A DNA stretch of 64,000 bases, from assembly GCA_950097015.1 (NCBI GenBank), contig CATNEN010000038.1, positions 6,882,001-6,946,000 of the forward strand, given 5' to 3'. Below the pieces are notes generated by a model. The model ran no database searches. It was not told the DNA's origin and was given only the letters and a program-made list of their open reading frames with translations. Both the position numbers and the translations under genes were made by a program. Shown in pieces: positions 1 to 12,257 of this stretch (the first letter of the stretch is position 1; every line of letters begins with the position of its first letter). The stretch comes from Macrostomum hystrix. Taxonomy: Eukaryota; Animalia; Platyhelminthes.

Positions 1-657
1 GTACACGCCATATGTCAGTGGATGGGTGACTGCGGTAAACGCGTTTCTCTCGCACTAAGGTCTTTGAGCTCGATGCCGCGGCAAAGCCACATTTATTTGG
101 GGCGCAGCCACTAGAGAAGGCTTGGGGGCTTGTCGAACAATTTACGCCCTTGAGTGCCAACCTCCAAGGCACAGTGAAACTGCATGTACATTGTTTGACA
201 ATAAGAAAGTCAGAGAAGTTGAAAACACCAGTATGAGCGTTTGCCTACGTACAGTATCTGCTCAGGAGTCAGCGAAATGGGCAGAATTGCCTCCTCGCTG
301 GCTGCAGGTCTAGTGTCACCATATGATGTGCCGTTTCCCACAACCCTTCCTGCAAAGATTATTAATAATTTTTGTCCTTTATCATCAGCACCGCAAAATC
401 GCGTAGTATATGTCTGTTCACTACTTTAAGTAGAGAGAAGCTGTCGCTATCAGATTTTAGTCAATGAATAGATATTCCACACAGTAATTAAGGGTCTGCT
501 TGCAGATTGGCCCCAGTTCGTTGGCCAATCATTTGTTTTGACGATTATTTCGACATAAGAAGGGCTCGCTCCTAACTAGATAAGCTTTAAAGCATAAACC
601 GATCTTGCCCTGTCAGCCTTTTTCTGATGGAGAGCGCCACCAAGCCACCACGAACTC

Positions 658-3600
658 ATGACTGCCGCTGCCACAGCAAACTTGGAGACTGTTCAGCAGT
701 GTCTGAATAGCGGATCGAGACCAAGCGAATCCTTCGAGTTCTTTGAGATGCAGCTCTCGCCTCTCCAGTTAGCCTGCTCGCTCGGCAAGCTGGAGTCTGT
801 CAAGGCGCTTTTTAACGCTCAACTGGAGGCTGAGCACTCTGGACAGGGCGAGTCGCCTCTGATTCTAGCGTCAAAGAACGGACACCGTAAAGTTGTGGAC
901 CATCTCATCAAACTGCAGGTTGACATCAATCTAACGGGTCCCGCTGGCGAGCCTGCGCTCTACGGCGCGGCACGAAACGGACACGAGAAGGTTGTCAAAG
1001 CGCTGGTCAAAGCGCAAGCCGATGTTAACCAGCAGAGCCGCAATGGGCAGTCAGCGCTCTGGATTGCGGTGCAGAATGGTCACAGGCGAGTTATCAAAGC
1101 TCTTATCAAGGCGCAAGCTGACGTTAATCTTTCGACAATCGATGGCGGCTCACCGTTATTGATAGCCACACAGATTGGCCAGACAGCAATCCTCACTTTA
1201 CTCATCGCGGCTCAAGCCAATGTGGAGTCTCAAACTCCAAAAGGTGATAAAGCTCTTCACGTGGCCGTGAGCAGTGGTCATTGGAGAATTCTGAATGCCC
1301 TCATCAAAGCGCACGCCGATGTCAACGCTAAGGATAGAAGGCACAGCTCTGCTCCGCTTCATCTTGCGGCGGAAACCGGTGCTCAGAGTATGGCTGATGC
1401 ACTCATCAGGGCTCAGGCGGATGTAGATGCTCAAAGGAGCACGGGAGCCACGCCGATCTTAATTGCCTCTCACTATGGCCACAGAGAAGTTGTTCGATTG
1501 CTTATAGGAGGTCAGGCGGATGTGAACATTCAGAGACTAACGGGCCACTCTCCGGTATATGTTGCCGCCCAGAATGGGCATACCCGTATTGTCACTCAGC
1601 TCATAAGAGCACACGCGGATGTTGACTCACAAGAGACAAACCAAGGTTCGTCACCATTGCACATTGCAGCCCAGAACGGTCACTGTCAAGTCGTAGACTT
1701 GCTCATTACAGCTCAGGCAGACGTCAACCTTATCGAAGATGTCTATGGGTCGTCGCCAATTTACATAGCGTGCCTCAATGGTCTTGAGCAGGTGGTGAAA
1801 TCTCTAACCAGGGCGCAAGCTGCAGTTAGCCTTCCAGCCAGCGCTGGCGTGTCGCCGCTTTACCTCGCGTGTCAGGGAGGCTATCAGCGCATTGTGAACT
1901 GGCTAATAAAAGCGCAAGTCGACATCAACCAGACAAACTCTGGCGGTTCATCACTTCACGTATCGGCGCACAATGGCCACAGGCAGGTGGTGGAGGCGCT
2001 AATCAATGCTAAAGCTGATGTCAACATTCAGACAGCCTCCGGAGAGTCGCCGCTCCACACCGCATCGCAGAACGGTTACTCAGACATTGTACATTTGCTC
2101 ATCCGAGCGCACGCCAGCGTTGATATCCAAAAGAATACAGGTGAGTCACCACTATACGTCGCATCAGACGGAGGACACGCAGACGTTGTTGATGTCCTCT
2201 TGAAAGCGCAAGCCCAAGTCAATCTACAAAGGACGAGCGGCGACTCGCCTCTTCATGCGGCATCACACAATGGTCACCTGGGGGTTGTGAGGTCGCTAAT
2301 CAATTCACAGGCTGATGTCGATCTTGAAAGAAATGACGGATGCTCGCCCATCTATTTCGCATCTCAGAATGGCCATCGCGATGTAGTTGAATTGCTCATC
2401 AGGGCTCAAGCGGATGTTAATAAGCAAAATGACTGCGGGGAGGCGCCACTCCACACCGCAGCGCAGAACGGCCGTCAGGAAATCGTGCAACTGCTCATCG
2501 GACAACAAGCCGATGTTGATATAATGACCAAAACGGGGCTCCCACCACTCTACTTCGCAGTTAATAGTGGCCAAGGCATTGTGATTGATTTACTCATTAA
2601 AGCAGGGACAAGGCTAGACCCCCCATCTAAATTGGAAGTCAGTCAGCCTTCGATCATTTACCTTTCATCTCTGAGCAATCACCAGCTCATTACGGACTCC
2701 GTAGCGAAGGCACTTGCTATGCAGAACTACGCTCCCTTTGCTGCCGATGACTATCTAGCACCTCAAGATGCTGATGATAGTGTTGTTCTTGAAGAGGCTC
2801 AGAGGATTGCTGATGCGATCTCAACAGCTCACGAGGACTTTAGACAAAGTCAACCTGATTGGGAATCACCATCCCACAATGAACAGGAGTGAGTAATGAA
2901 CTTTTCACAGCAAGCATTTTTATTTATCTTTGACATAATGTTAAACTTTTAATTAAGACGCAACCTAACCCGTTTTTATTGTAGTCATTTTTTGCATTTA
3001 CCGACTGCTAAAACTGACGGCCGTTAAATTTTTTGCTCTTATAGCTACTAAAGCTAACTAACAACTCAGCCCACACGAACAACTTTCAGAGCCTATGTCA
3101 GTGAAGCGGAGCTTAGCGAACAACTATACAATGCTCTCAAACAGTCAGGCTTCGTACAATCAAGAGCTGCCCTGCAGAGCGCTGTTGCTGACGTACTGCA
3201 AGAGATTCTTAGAAAGCGAATCTCCGACAACGAGCTCTTTGTCGTTGGCAGCTACTCCGAGGGCTGGGGCAATAGTCTGAAGACGCAGGATGGCAGGACA
3301 GATATTGAATCGGACATCGACATGATGCGACTCGTCTCAGGACAGGTGCATCACCCACTGGGTGTTTGCGAATGCCCTGGAGTCAGCGTTCGGCCTGAGT
3401 ACTCAAACGGCCACATTATGTGCCCCGGCTATGGTGAGAAAAATTCATTTCAGGCCTTAGAAAACTAGTCCGATTAGTAGAAAAAGCGTAAAATAAAATA
3501 TTACATTTTAATTTTCGCAGCGTCGAATCCAGCAATGCCATCGTTTGGATCCAATCTAAGGCCGGCGGTGGATCATGTTGTCGCCAGTCGAGTCTGCCGC

Positions 3601-4935
3601 TACCCAAACATTGCGCCGTTGCAGCCCGCCCGATTGTCTCAGTCGAAAATTCCCAAACCCGTGCTGCAGTCCCTCCAGCAGCATCTCACAGCCTCGTTTT
3701 CGCCCTGTCACGTGGTGCACGCAGCCTCACCTGGACGTGGAGGCCAGGAGCTGAGAGTAAGCACAAGCTTCTTGGAAAAGCGGCTGTTACGAAGTCTTGA
3801 CACAATACAGGGCCAACTGTTTGTCACACTCAAGTACTTAGTGAAGAAGGTGATAGCCCACAAGTCTGGCTTCGATGTGCAAGGCCTGAAACCGTACCAC
3901 ATAAAGACAGTCACATTTCGAATGCTGGAGGAGACGGCGGCTGAGGACTGGCGGCCCGAAAATCTCGTGAGTTTAACGAGGCGGTCATTGCAGATGCTTC
4001 TGGACTGTGTGGAGAAGAACTGCGCATCTGACAATGTTCACGGAAAAATCATGAGCCATTTCTTTCTGAATGATACGGCGCTGTACCTTAAAGGTGTGGG
4101 CAAGAAGGAAAATATGAAAAAAACACTCTGCACCATTGCGAAGACATTGAGAGCAGTGATAGAACAGCTGCCCCACCTGCTAAAGCAGTTTTTGAGCAGA
4201 CTCAAGCCTGTTGGTGAGTCAGGAAGATTCTACTTCCACCCGTTTCTCATCCTTCCGATGATTAGCTCCAATCAGGTGTCCGGCAGCTCAACGATCCCGT
4301 ACCATGCGATCCCCGATGTTGTTAGGGAGTGCCTTCTGCGCCTTTCTATTCAGGACTGCGGCAAACAATCTCAGAAGAGCCTCGTTGAGCTGGTCTCTTG
4401 CCTACCAGACTGTGCCTACTCAGCACGGGAGGCTCTCATGGCGCTGACCTGTCTGAAGTTCGGCGACCGAGACGCGGCAGTAAGAATTGTGAGCGACTGT
4501 AGAGGGCACGAAGTGAGCTGGGGCATCGACTGGTCCTCTGAAAGGTCCTCGATGGATGCCACTGCCAGCTTGGTGTGGCAGCACCTGTTGAGTCGGGACT
4601 CAGCATGGAAATTCTGCCTTTTGCTGGATCAGCGCCCGGAATTTCGGTTTGTTTCGGTAACTCTGAGCGAGTGCTTCCCGCTGCAGATGGTGCTGAACAA
4701 CACCAGCTTCTTCTACATGAACTTTGACGCTCTGCTGTGGGCCCTGCGATTTGAGCTGCGGACAGAAAGTGAGCAGGTCACCCTGGACGCCCTCCGAGCT
4801 CTGGCCGAGCGAGACGACGCGGACGAGCAGGAGCTGCTTGTGGCTGCCCGATTCTGTCCGGAGGATGAGCTGAGGCGGGAACTACTCGAAAGGCTCAATC
4901 AGCTAAAACTGCGGCAAGTTGTCTGTCAGCACTGA
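658..4935 (+). CDS. Ankyrin-repeat + Mab-21/cGAS-like nucleotidyltransferase (cGLR-like), 3 exons, ~1329 aa
   Basis: Exons 658-2888, 3090-3433 and 3521-4935. Donors are GTGAGT (2889) and GTGAGA (3434); acceptors are tttcag and ttcgcag; phases 2 and 1 are consistent, total 3990 nt. Exon 1 has 19 ankyrin repeats (SPLHxAAxNGH). Exon 2 encodes VVGSYSEG...ESDIDMM (NTase GS and DxD). Exon 3 has VDHV (third acidic residue) and the Mab-21 motifs LRVSTSFLEKRLL, LKYLVK, KPYHIKTVTF and WRPENL. Confidence 0.88.
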
Positions 4936-6436
4936 ATTGGTCAGAATAACGTTATACGACTATAAAAACAACCCTATTTGAAACTGACCTGACAAGTTTG
5001 TCGGATGCACAACCAGTGGTACGCTCGTACAGCGGTTACCCAATCGTACCCATGAACTTGCGCTTTGGGAACCCAATTGGTTCATCGAGGCTGAGATTCG
5101 ATCCTCTGACCTTGAAACTGTGAAAAACTTTTAATATTCATGGAAGCGTGTCAGTACTTTGCGAGTATTAGAGAACATGATGTTTTCCCGCAAGAGTTCC
5201 CGCGAGAGATTTTCCTGCGCCGAGGTTTTCTCCCCCCACACCGTTCAGTGCCAAGTTTCAGCAGAGACTTTTAATTCTAAAGATTCTAATTTAAACTTCA
5301 GTGCCTGAAAATTCATTGTGTCTAGCTAGCTGCGATTTTCACAGTTGCGCAAGGTTCAACAGTAGAAAGACCACGCCTTTCGCAGCAACCACTCCGTCCA
5401 ATCAGCAATGCGGCACATCTTTTCACATGGGGAAAGACCCGGGTGGCGTATCCCACCCCTGTGGTGTTTCTACTGTTAAGCTGCATAACCTATCTTAAAT
5501 TTTTATCTGCATATTTACAGTACCGCTTCGCCTGAAAGTTGGTGAGAGAGTGCGTACATTTTGTCCGCTAGCTCTGTCTGCACAGCTTCGGCTATTCAAT
5601 GCTAGCAGTGTACAAAAAAAACAGTTTCAACACACGAATGCTGTTTCGTTTATTCATTGTACTTACTTACGAGCTCGTACCTACGAACTAATTAAGTCTG
5701 TGCATAGCAACTAAGCCCTGTCGTAATAAAATGAGCTGTTCTTTCTCATTCAAACCCCCAACACACCTGAGATAATAATAAGACCCAGGAAAAAAGCATT
5801 GTAAGAAAACATTCTAATAACGACAAACAAGCTTAGTACGAGCAGAAAAAGTATCTTTTCTAAGATTTGGTTTGCCGGATTGCAGGTTTGATTTGAATAG
5901 GAAAAATGTACATCTACGCTCGTTATAATTGTTAAAATGTGCTTTACTCGTATTCAACGCAATATAAAATGTTACACTCTAGCAGAGATAACGCTCGTAC
6001 CTCGTATTTTTAATTAAAAATGCAGTCTTGTCGACTTTCGCATCAATAAATTCCTGGGACAGAAATGGCATTGGAAAAGAACAGGAAAGGGTCAGGAACC
6101 AGACAGGTAAAGGACAGACAAGGTCGTAGTCGGTGTCAGATCAGTCTAAAACAGGCGGACAATTTTGAGCACAGGCAGGAACAGCAGGAAAGCCGGGCAA
6201 ACGATGCGTTTTTAGCTCAGCCACAAACAGAAGATGAGCAAAAGGCCTCCGCCTCCCCGAGGGTATTTTACTAGTAAACTTCCAAAAAAATTATGAGTTG
6301 ACAATAAGATGTCCATGCCTTAGCAACCAATCGGACACAAGCACCAATATTCTTTTAATAATAAAAGAGGAGCTCGAAGCGACCCTGGGCTGCCTCAAAG
6401 CAGCTCAGCAACTAGCTTCAGCAGCGCTCAGTCCTC

Positions 6437-7337
6437 ATGGCTGCGCCGATCAACAAACGGCGCCTGCTGCTGATGTTCTCAGCAGCCGTGGCAGCCGCCG
6501 CTTGTCTGGCAGCGGGCAGCCGCAGCTTCCTGCGACCAACCGCCTGCGCTGCTGGTGCGACCTCCGTGAACTCCAGCGGAGCTGCGGGCGGCCTCGCAGA
6601 GTGCGCCCTGCGCTGCATTGGCTCCAGTTGGTGTGCCGCATTGCTGATTGGACGGAGTGGCTGCTGCGACTGCGCCCTGATCGACTGGGAGCTGTACTAT
6701 GGCTCCTGGTTCGGCCAGGGAGCCGTCTGTCCCAGTGGCTTGTTTGAGAATGAGACAGGTGAGTCGGTCTTGCTTGTGAACGATGTTATCAGTGCAGCTG
6801 ATCTGAAGCAGACAAAGTTTGATTTCCAGTGAAAATTATCCCATATCAGGTAACAGGTATCGTCAGGTACTTGTACCAGGTATCAGCAATTAACGCTCGT
6901 AAAAATACTTCTGACAAAAATAATTTTCTGCCGTGGAGCTGCTGCGGTTTTCCAGCTGCCAGCAGATCAACGGGACCTACGGGGCCACGTGCTTAAGGGC
7001 CATGGACGGCATCACCCAGCAGAATTATTTCGCTGGGTCCTGCACGCACACTACAGCAAGCAACCACAACTGGTGGCGGGCCAGTCTGCCCGAGCGGGCC
7101 TTCATCGAGACCATCGCTTTGTACAACCGTCAGGACTGCTGCTCACAAAGACTGAACAACTTCACCATCAGCCTGGATGGCTCAGTTTTTGCCTCTTACT
7201 TTTCTGCCAGCGTGTTTTCAACGATGAACTTTAGCTGCAGTCGAGTCGGCCAGACGGTGCAGGTGGACCAGTACATGACGAGCGACAATTTCCTAACCCT
7301 GTGCGAAGTGATGGTGTACGGCAGGCGTTTCCAATGA
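6437..7337 (+). CDS. Secreted PAN/apple-like + F-type lectin (fucolectin/F5-8 type C) domain protein, spliced
   Basis: Signal-peptide-like N-terminus (RRLLLMFSAAVAAAACLA) and Cys pattern ECALRC...WC...C. Donor GTGAGT at 6759; a probable micro-exon starts at 6830, exact junctions uncertain. The last exon has AMDG, the exact fucose-binding motif H-x26-R-x-D-x4-R (H...YNRQDCCSQR) and the LTLCEVMVYG terminus. Confidence 0.8.
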
Positions 7338-10300
7338 CCCTTTCGTGATACAATGAGCCATTTACTATTTCATGCGAATGTATCCGCGCAATTGAGGAGA
7401 GTGAAAAGAAGAGCTTGTTGCTATGGCGATTCGGAAATGGACTTTTCTTAACGGAACGCTTTTTTACGACACGAGGGCAGCGTCATGAAGGCTGTCAATT
7501 ATGCAACCGCGTATATACTCAGCAACATAAACGTGACAATCCCGAAGAGGAGGCAAAAATCTCTCTCACTTGAAATTGTGAATGACAAGTTAAACAGCCT
7601 CAAAATGCACTTCAATGCATAGAGTAAGTCTTCACGACTTAAGCATGAGGCAAATTTTAGTTTCTCGCCAGGAGAGCCACCACTTTTTGCTGAAGCTAAG
7701 TATAATTGACCATTTATAGTTGGAACGGTTGCTGCAGCATTGTTCGTTGTCCAGCTGCTGGGCCGGCAATGACTACCGCCTGTGCAGCACTCCAGAGCAC
7801 GCATCTGGGGTAACTCCTTGCTAGATGATTATGGCGGCCGGGAAAGCATGGTATTTTACTGCTTTGCCAAAAAAAACTGACAATTTGTTGGGAATTATTT
7901 TTTGTCATTTACGCTCGTATAATACTATAGAATGCTAAAAGTGCACTAAGGCCGGGTTACGGCATAGAAAATGCACAAGCATTTTACTGCAATTAGTTAC
8001 TGCCGGGGTCGGATTCAAAACTGGTGATCCACGACGACTTCAACTAATGAAATGAACTATTGTTCTCCGCATAAAGATAAACTCGTACATACGTAAAACA
8101 TAAAACTATAATACTTTTAGCATAACATTTTTACATTACACTGTGACCGCTTTAATTAATAATAATAATATAATTAGCGGTAATAATACTAATAATAATA
8201 ATGAGTTATAAGCTCCTTTTGTAGTAGGGAGTCGATCGCACTTTGGTTAGAGATTTGGACTTAACTGTCTGGCTTGAGAAGTCGGAATTTATAATAGTCC
8301 TATTAATTTTTACGAGAGCTATTAGTTTGTGTCCCATATAGGACCTATTTGAAGGTATATAGACAAAATTATCTGCATCAGTTCACGCCGCCAGCTGCAA
8401 ATTCGCTATAGATCAGATATCGGCATCAGGCATCGATATCGGGTGGGAATTCCAGTTATCGAGATGATCTCAAATTAATTAAGGACAACTGAAGTTACGT
8501 TATATATATATTACTATTACTATTACTAAATTACTATTACTATTATATATTATATATTACTATTACTACTTCAGTTGTCCTTGGGTGATCTCTCTGAAGT
8601 CCACGGACTGAACAGCTACACACAGCCTGGAAGCGACCGCGAAAAAGCCGCGGTTTTTCCTCAGATTGTAATACATTGACGAGGTTCCCTTCAATGCGAA
8701 ATTAATTGGCGATTTCACTTGACTACATGTATTCCATTCCATCCAAGGAAGGGGTCTTTTAGACGGAACTTTTAAGAAAAACGCCATGTAGCGAGTCAAG
8801 CTGGATGTCTAATCTGCACCGTACCTAGCTTTTTACTCCGATTGTTCTGCAATTTCCCTTTTCACCGTAAACCCTTTCTGTCCTGAGCTGACCTGCTGTG
8901 CTGTGGAGTACTGTTTGTTAATTTAACGAAAATCTTTCCTTTGCAAGTGCACATTAATCAAGTTAAAACTGTTCATATCAAAAGTATAAAAACGAAAAAA
9001 ATAGTTTATAGTAGATGCATACAACAATGAAAATACAAATGTTAGGAAACAGTGGTTACGAATATAAATTTAAAATGCAAACAAAAACTAGAGTTTGTTA
9101 TTTTAGCAATATTTAATCATCAGAGACATGCTCAGCTTAAAAGTTTGTTAATCATGTCTATAATTTACAATTTTTGCGATGTTTCTATTTTTCTTTTTCT
9201 ATTTTCGTGCTCAAATCTGCAGCCTTAATCACATCATTCACTAGAGTTCAGACATCCTCAGTTCGTCTTCATGGTTGCTGTAATGCTATTTAAAGTAGCT
9301 AAAATTGTAATAACTAGGGGCCTAACCAACTGAGACTATATACAATATACCATAGTCAGGAAGGTGGCCTTTGCTAGGCCTATCCCATGGAAAATTCTGG
9401 TGCACACAGGGGCCCTTGGCACACACGACCCCACAGAAACAGCACACAGATGGCACACAGTTTGACCCCCTAAAATTTGATCAGGCATATACTGCACTGC
9501 TTTCCTGACTATAGACTATGTATAGACCATAATTTTTGCTATCTAGGCTAAAGCCTATACTACAATGTACTGTAGTCTGTAGGGCCTAAAACAAGCTACT
9601 ATACTCTAAATGTGTTCTTTATTACTTGCTGTTTATTACTCTTCATTTTAATTACTCTAGTATATAGCTATTTCAATAAGGCAATATTTGAAATATTTTA
9701 CATTTAAAGAATATAAATTCTAAACAGCTATATAATGTACTGACACTTATTTAGTTATGGTTATAATTCAATTGCTATGGTTGCCCATAGTATTATATGA
9801 AAGAAGTGGCCCAAAAGCAAATTTTCAGTATAAGACAAAATAAAAATTCTTACTATACTGAAATCAAAATATGTCAAAAAGTTTAGAAACCTATTTTTAC
9901 TGTCTATTTATATAAAAAACTTGTGTAATATTAATTGCCTAGTCAAAGTAACATGTCTCTTTAAACACATTTTTAGGATTTCATTTTTTCATTTCTCTTA
10001 CAGTCAGAGTCATTTCTGCACATGTAAACTTAAACATACTAAGAAAATGTTGCACTTAAACAAAATCAAAGTGTCATTTTTTTTATTATAAAAATGCAAT
10101 TAAAGTTCTAAAGCCTTGGAGCCAATAAAAGGCTCTTAGCTCATTTCTCACTCATGACAAACACACAGAAACCTAACTGTCTTGTGCCAATAAAGTTGTT
10201 TAATAATAATAGGCTTACAACTACAAATGAGTATTGTAAAATGTGTTGATTATATTGACATCAATGATTGAAGATTCACAGTTGTCACTGTAGTCTTTTG

Positions 10301-11192
10301 AACTTTCTATAAATGTGTGCTTTACAATCTAACAATATCAAAGTTAAAAAAATCAAATCACTGAGTTTCATAACCAATAAATTTACCCAAGTCTGCTCAA
10401 TCCAACATTGTTTACAACTTTAAAACCCCTTCAAAAGACACAATTTTTTTAATAAATCTCATCCCAAATTAAAAATTGCAAAGATTTTTCAAAGATCAGC
10501 GATTTTGTTCAAAACAGATCCAAAATACTAAAATCTGAATCAAAATTTCATCCCCTCTCTAGTAGCAAATATCATAAGTGTCTAAGTGACAAAACACTGT
10601 TCTGAATAATAGTAATAATAAATAGATGACCGGGGGCAGGTGAAATGACCACATTGTATTTTAGCAGACAAGCTAGATGCAGATAAAATGTAGTAGACAA
10701 AAATTGTAGATATTTTCTTTTTGAAATAAATTACTTTGTTAAATATTATAGCAGCTCTTAGGTCTATTAAAACAATCAATTTTATTAGAAAATATTTGCT
10801 TGACTTCAGCTGTTTCATAAAAGGCATTGCCATGCTAATGTAAAAAATACATCTAGAGAGTCTACTTTCTTTCAATATATTTAGTTGGCTTCTTTCAGGC
10901 TTTGAGCTTTATTTAATTTAATTAATTTAGTATTATTTTTTCTTATTTGAATTTCATGAATATGATGTATAAATTAAAACATGTAATTATGTCATCTTGT
11001 CACTGAAAACATATTGCATACTCATAGAAGTTTTTTCTATACTTAACAATTTTGATAAGTAATTGACAAGCTTGAGCAATGTTCACAGTTCAGTTACTAT
11101 TCAATGAAGTAAATATAACTTTTTATATAGCTTTGACAAAAATGCAAAGTCATGAATATCGGCTAATGCATGCATTTCATGTGTAAAGCTGC

Positions 11193-11854
11193 ATGACAGC
11201 TAAAGCTGACTGTCACACCGGGCTGCAGTTGACACCAATGGACGAGTCCACGCCAGCTGGTGGGCACGTGAAGCGCCCAATGAATCCGTTCATGGTTTGG
11301 GCTAAAACTCGGCGCAAGGCCATCGCTAAAGAGAATCCAAAGATGCACAATTCCGAAATTAGTCGCAAACTTGGCGACGAGTGGAAGAACATGCCCCCGG
11401 ATGAGAAGCAGCGCTACATCGACGAGGCCAATCGGCTGAAGGACGAGCACAGGAAGGCAAATCCAGACTACAAGTACAAGCCAAAGTCAAAGAAGCGTGT
11501 CGTTTCCAGCGCTGGTGCCAGCGCCCCGGCCGCAGCATCGTCGAGTCCCGACCAGAAATTAAGCGTTAAGCAGCAAAAGCTGAAGCAGAAGCAGAAGCAA
11601 CTGCAGCAACAATTGTCCATTGACGAATCTGAGCAGCAGCTTGGCGCACAGCAGCACTACCAGGCGGGTCCGATCAGCGATGCTCCGATCGCTGTTGCTC
11701 CAGCTGGTAATCACCTCCACTTGCTGTCCGCGGGCCATCCTCACGACCAGCAGTTCAGCAGCTACCAGATGGTCTTGAGCTCCGAGCAGCAGAATCAGCA
11801 GTCATTCTACGCACCCTACATGATCAACATCGATTCGCAGTCGTCTCTTTTGAT

Positions 11855-11890
<36 letters not shown>

Positions 11891-12257
11891 CCACCACAGC
11901 GCCTTCTCTCATCTGGACTCCTCAGCGGCTCTGGATGTTCCACTGAGCAGTGTGCTGCACCCGCATCTACACCAGCAGCATCAGCATAGCATGTTTAGCG
12001 GGCTCACTGCTCCTTATGCTTCGCCTGATCATTCCTTGCACATGTTTCAGCAGCAGCATCAGTTCTGCCATCATCATCTGCAGCAGCAGCAATCTGGACT
12101 GTGCGAGCAAATTCCCGTGCCGTCAAACCAATCGTCTAGCGTCTATTCCATCGACTATGACGTTGCGGGTAGCGGCGGTGTCGGTGTTGGCAGCTCAGCT
12201 AGCGACTATGTTGTCGCGGATGCCAACAGACAAACTGTGCCAGTGACACAGCTGTGA
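11193..12257 (+). CDS. Intronless Sox (SoxB-like) HMG-box transcription factor with Q/H-rich C-terminus
   Basis: HMG box [12 protein letters not shown]...[19 protein letters not shown]...[23 protein letters not shown]; CAG polyQ at ~11856-11888. Start could be 11193 or 11238. Confidence 0.93.

Noticed and set aside
658-4935. Bacterial CBASS operon or contamination
   Set aside because: The gene has spliceosomal introns, metazoan Mab-21 motifs and animal neighbours such as Sox and CaM.
7400-8900. Short coding-like patches at ~7.5-7.9 kb and 8.55-8.9 kb
   Set aside because: Interrupted by stops, and no family could be recognised.
9353-9512. Small MITE bounded by atagtcaggaa / ttcctgactat
   Set aside because: Only an 11-bp inverted repeat, with no clear TSD or second copy in the window.
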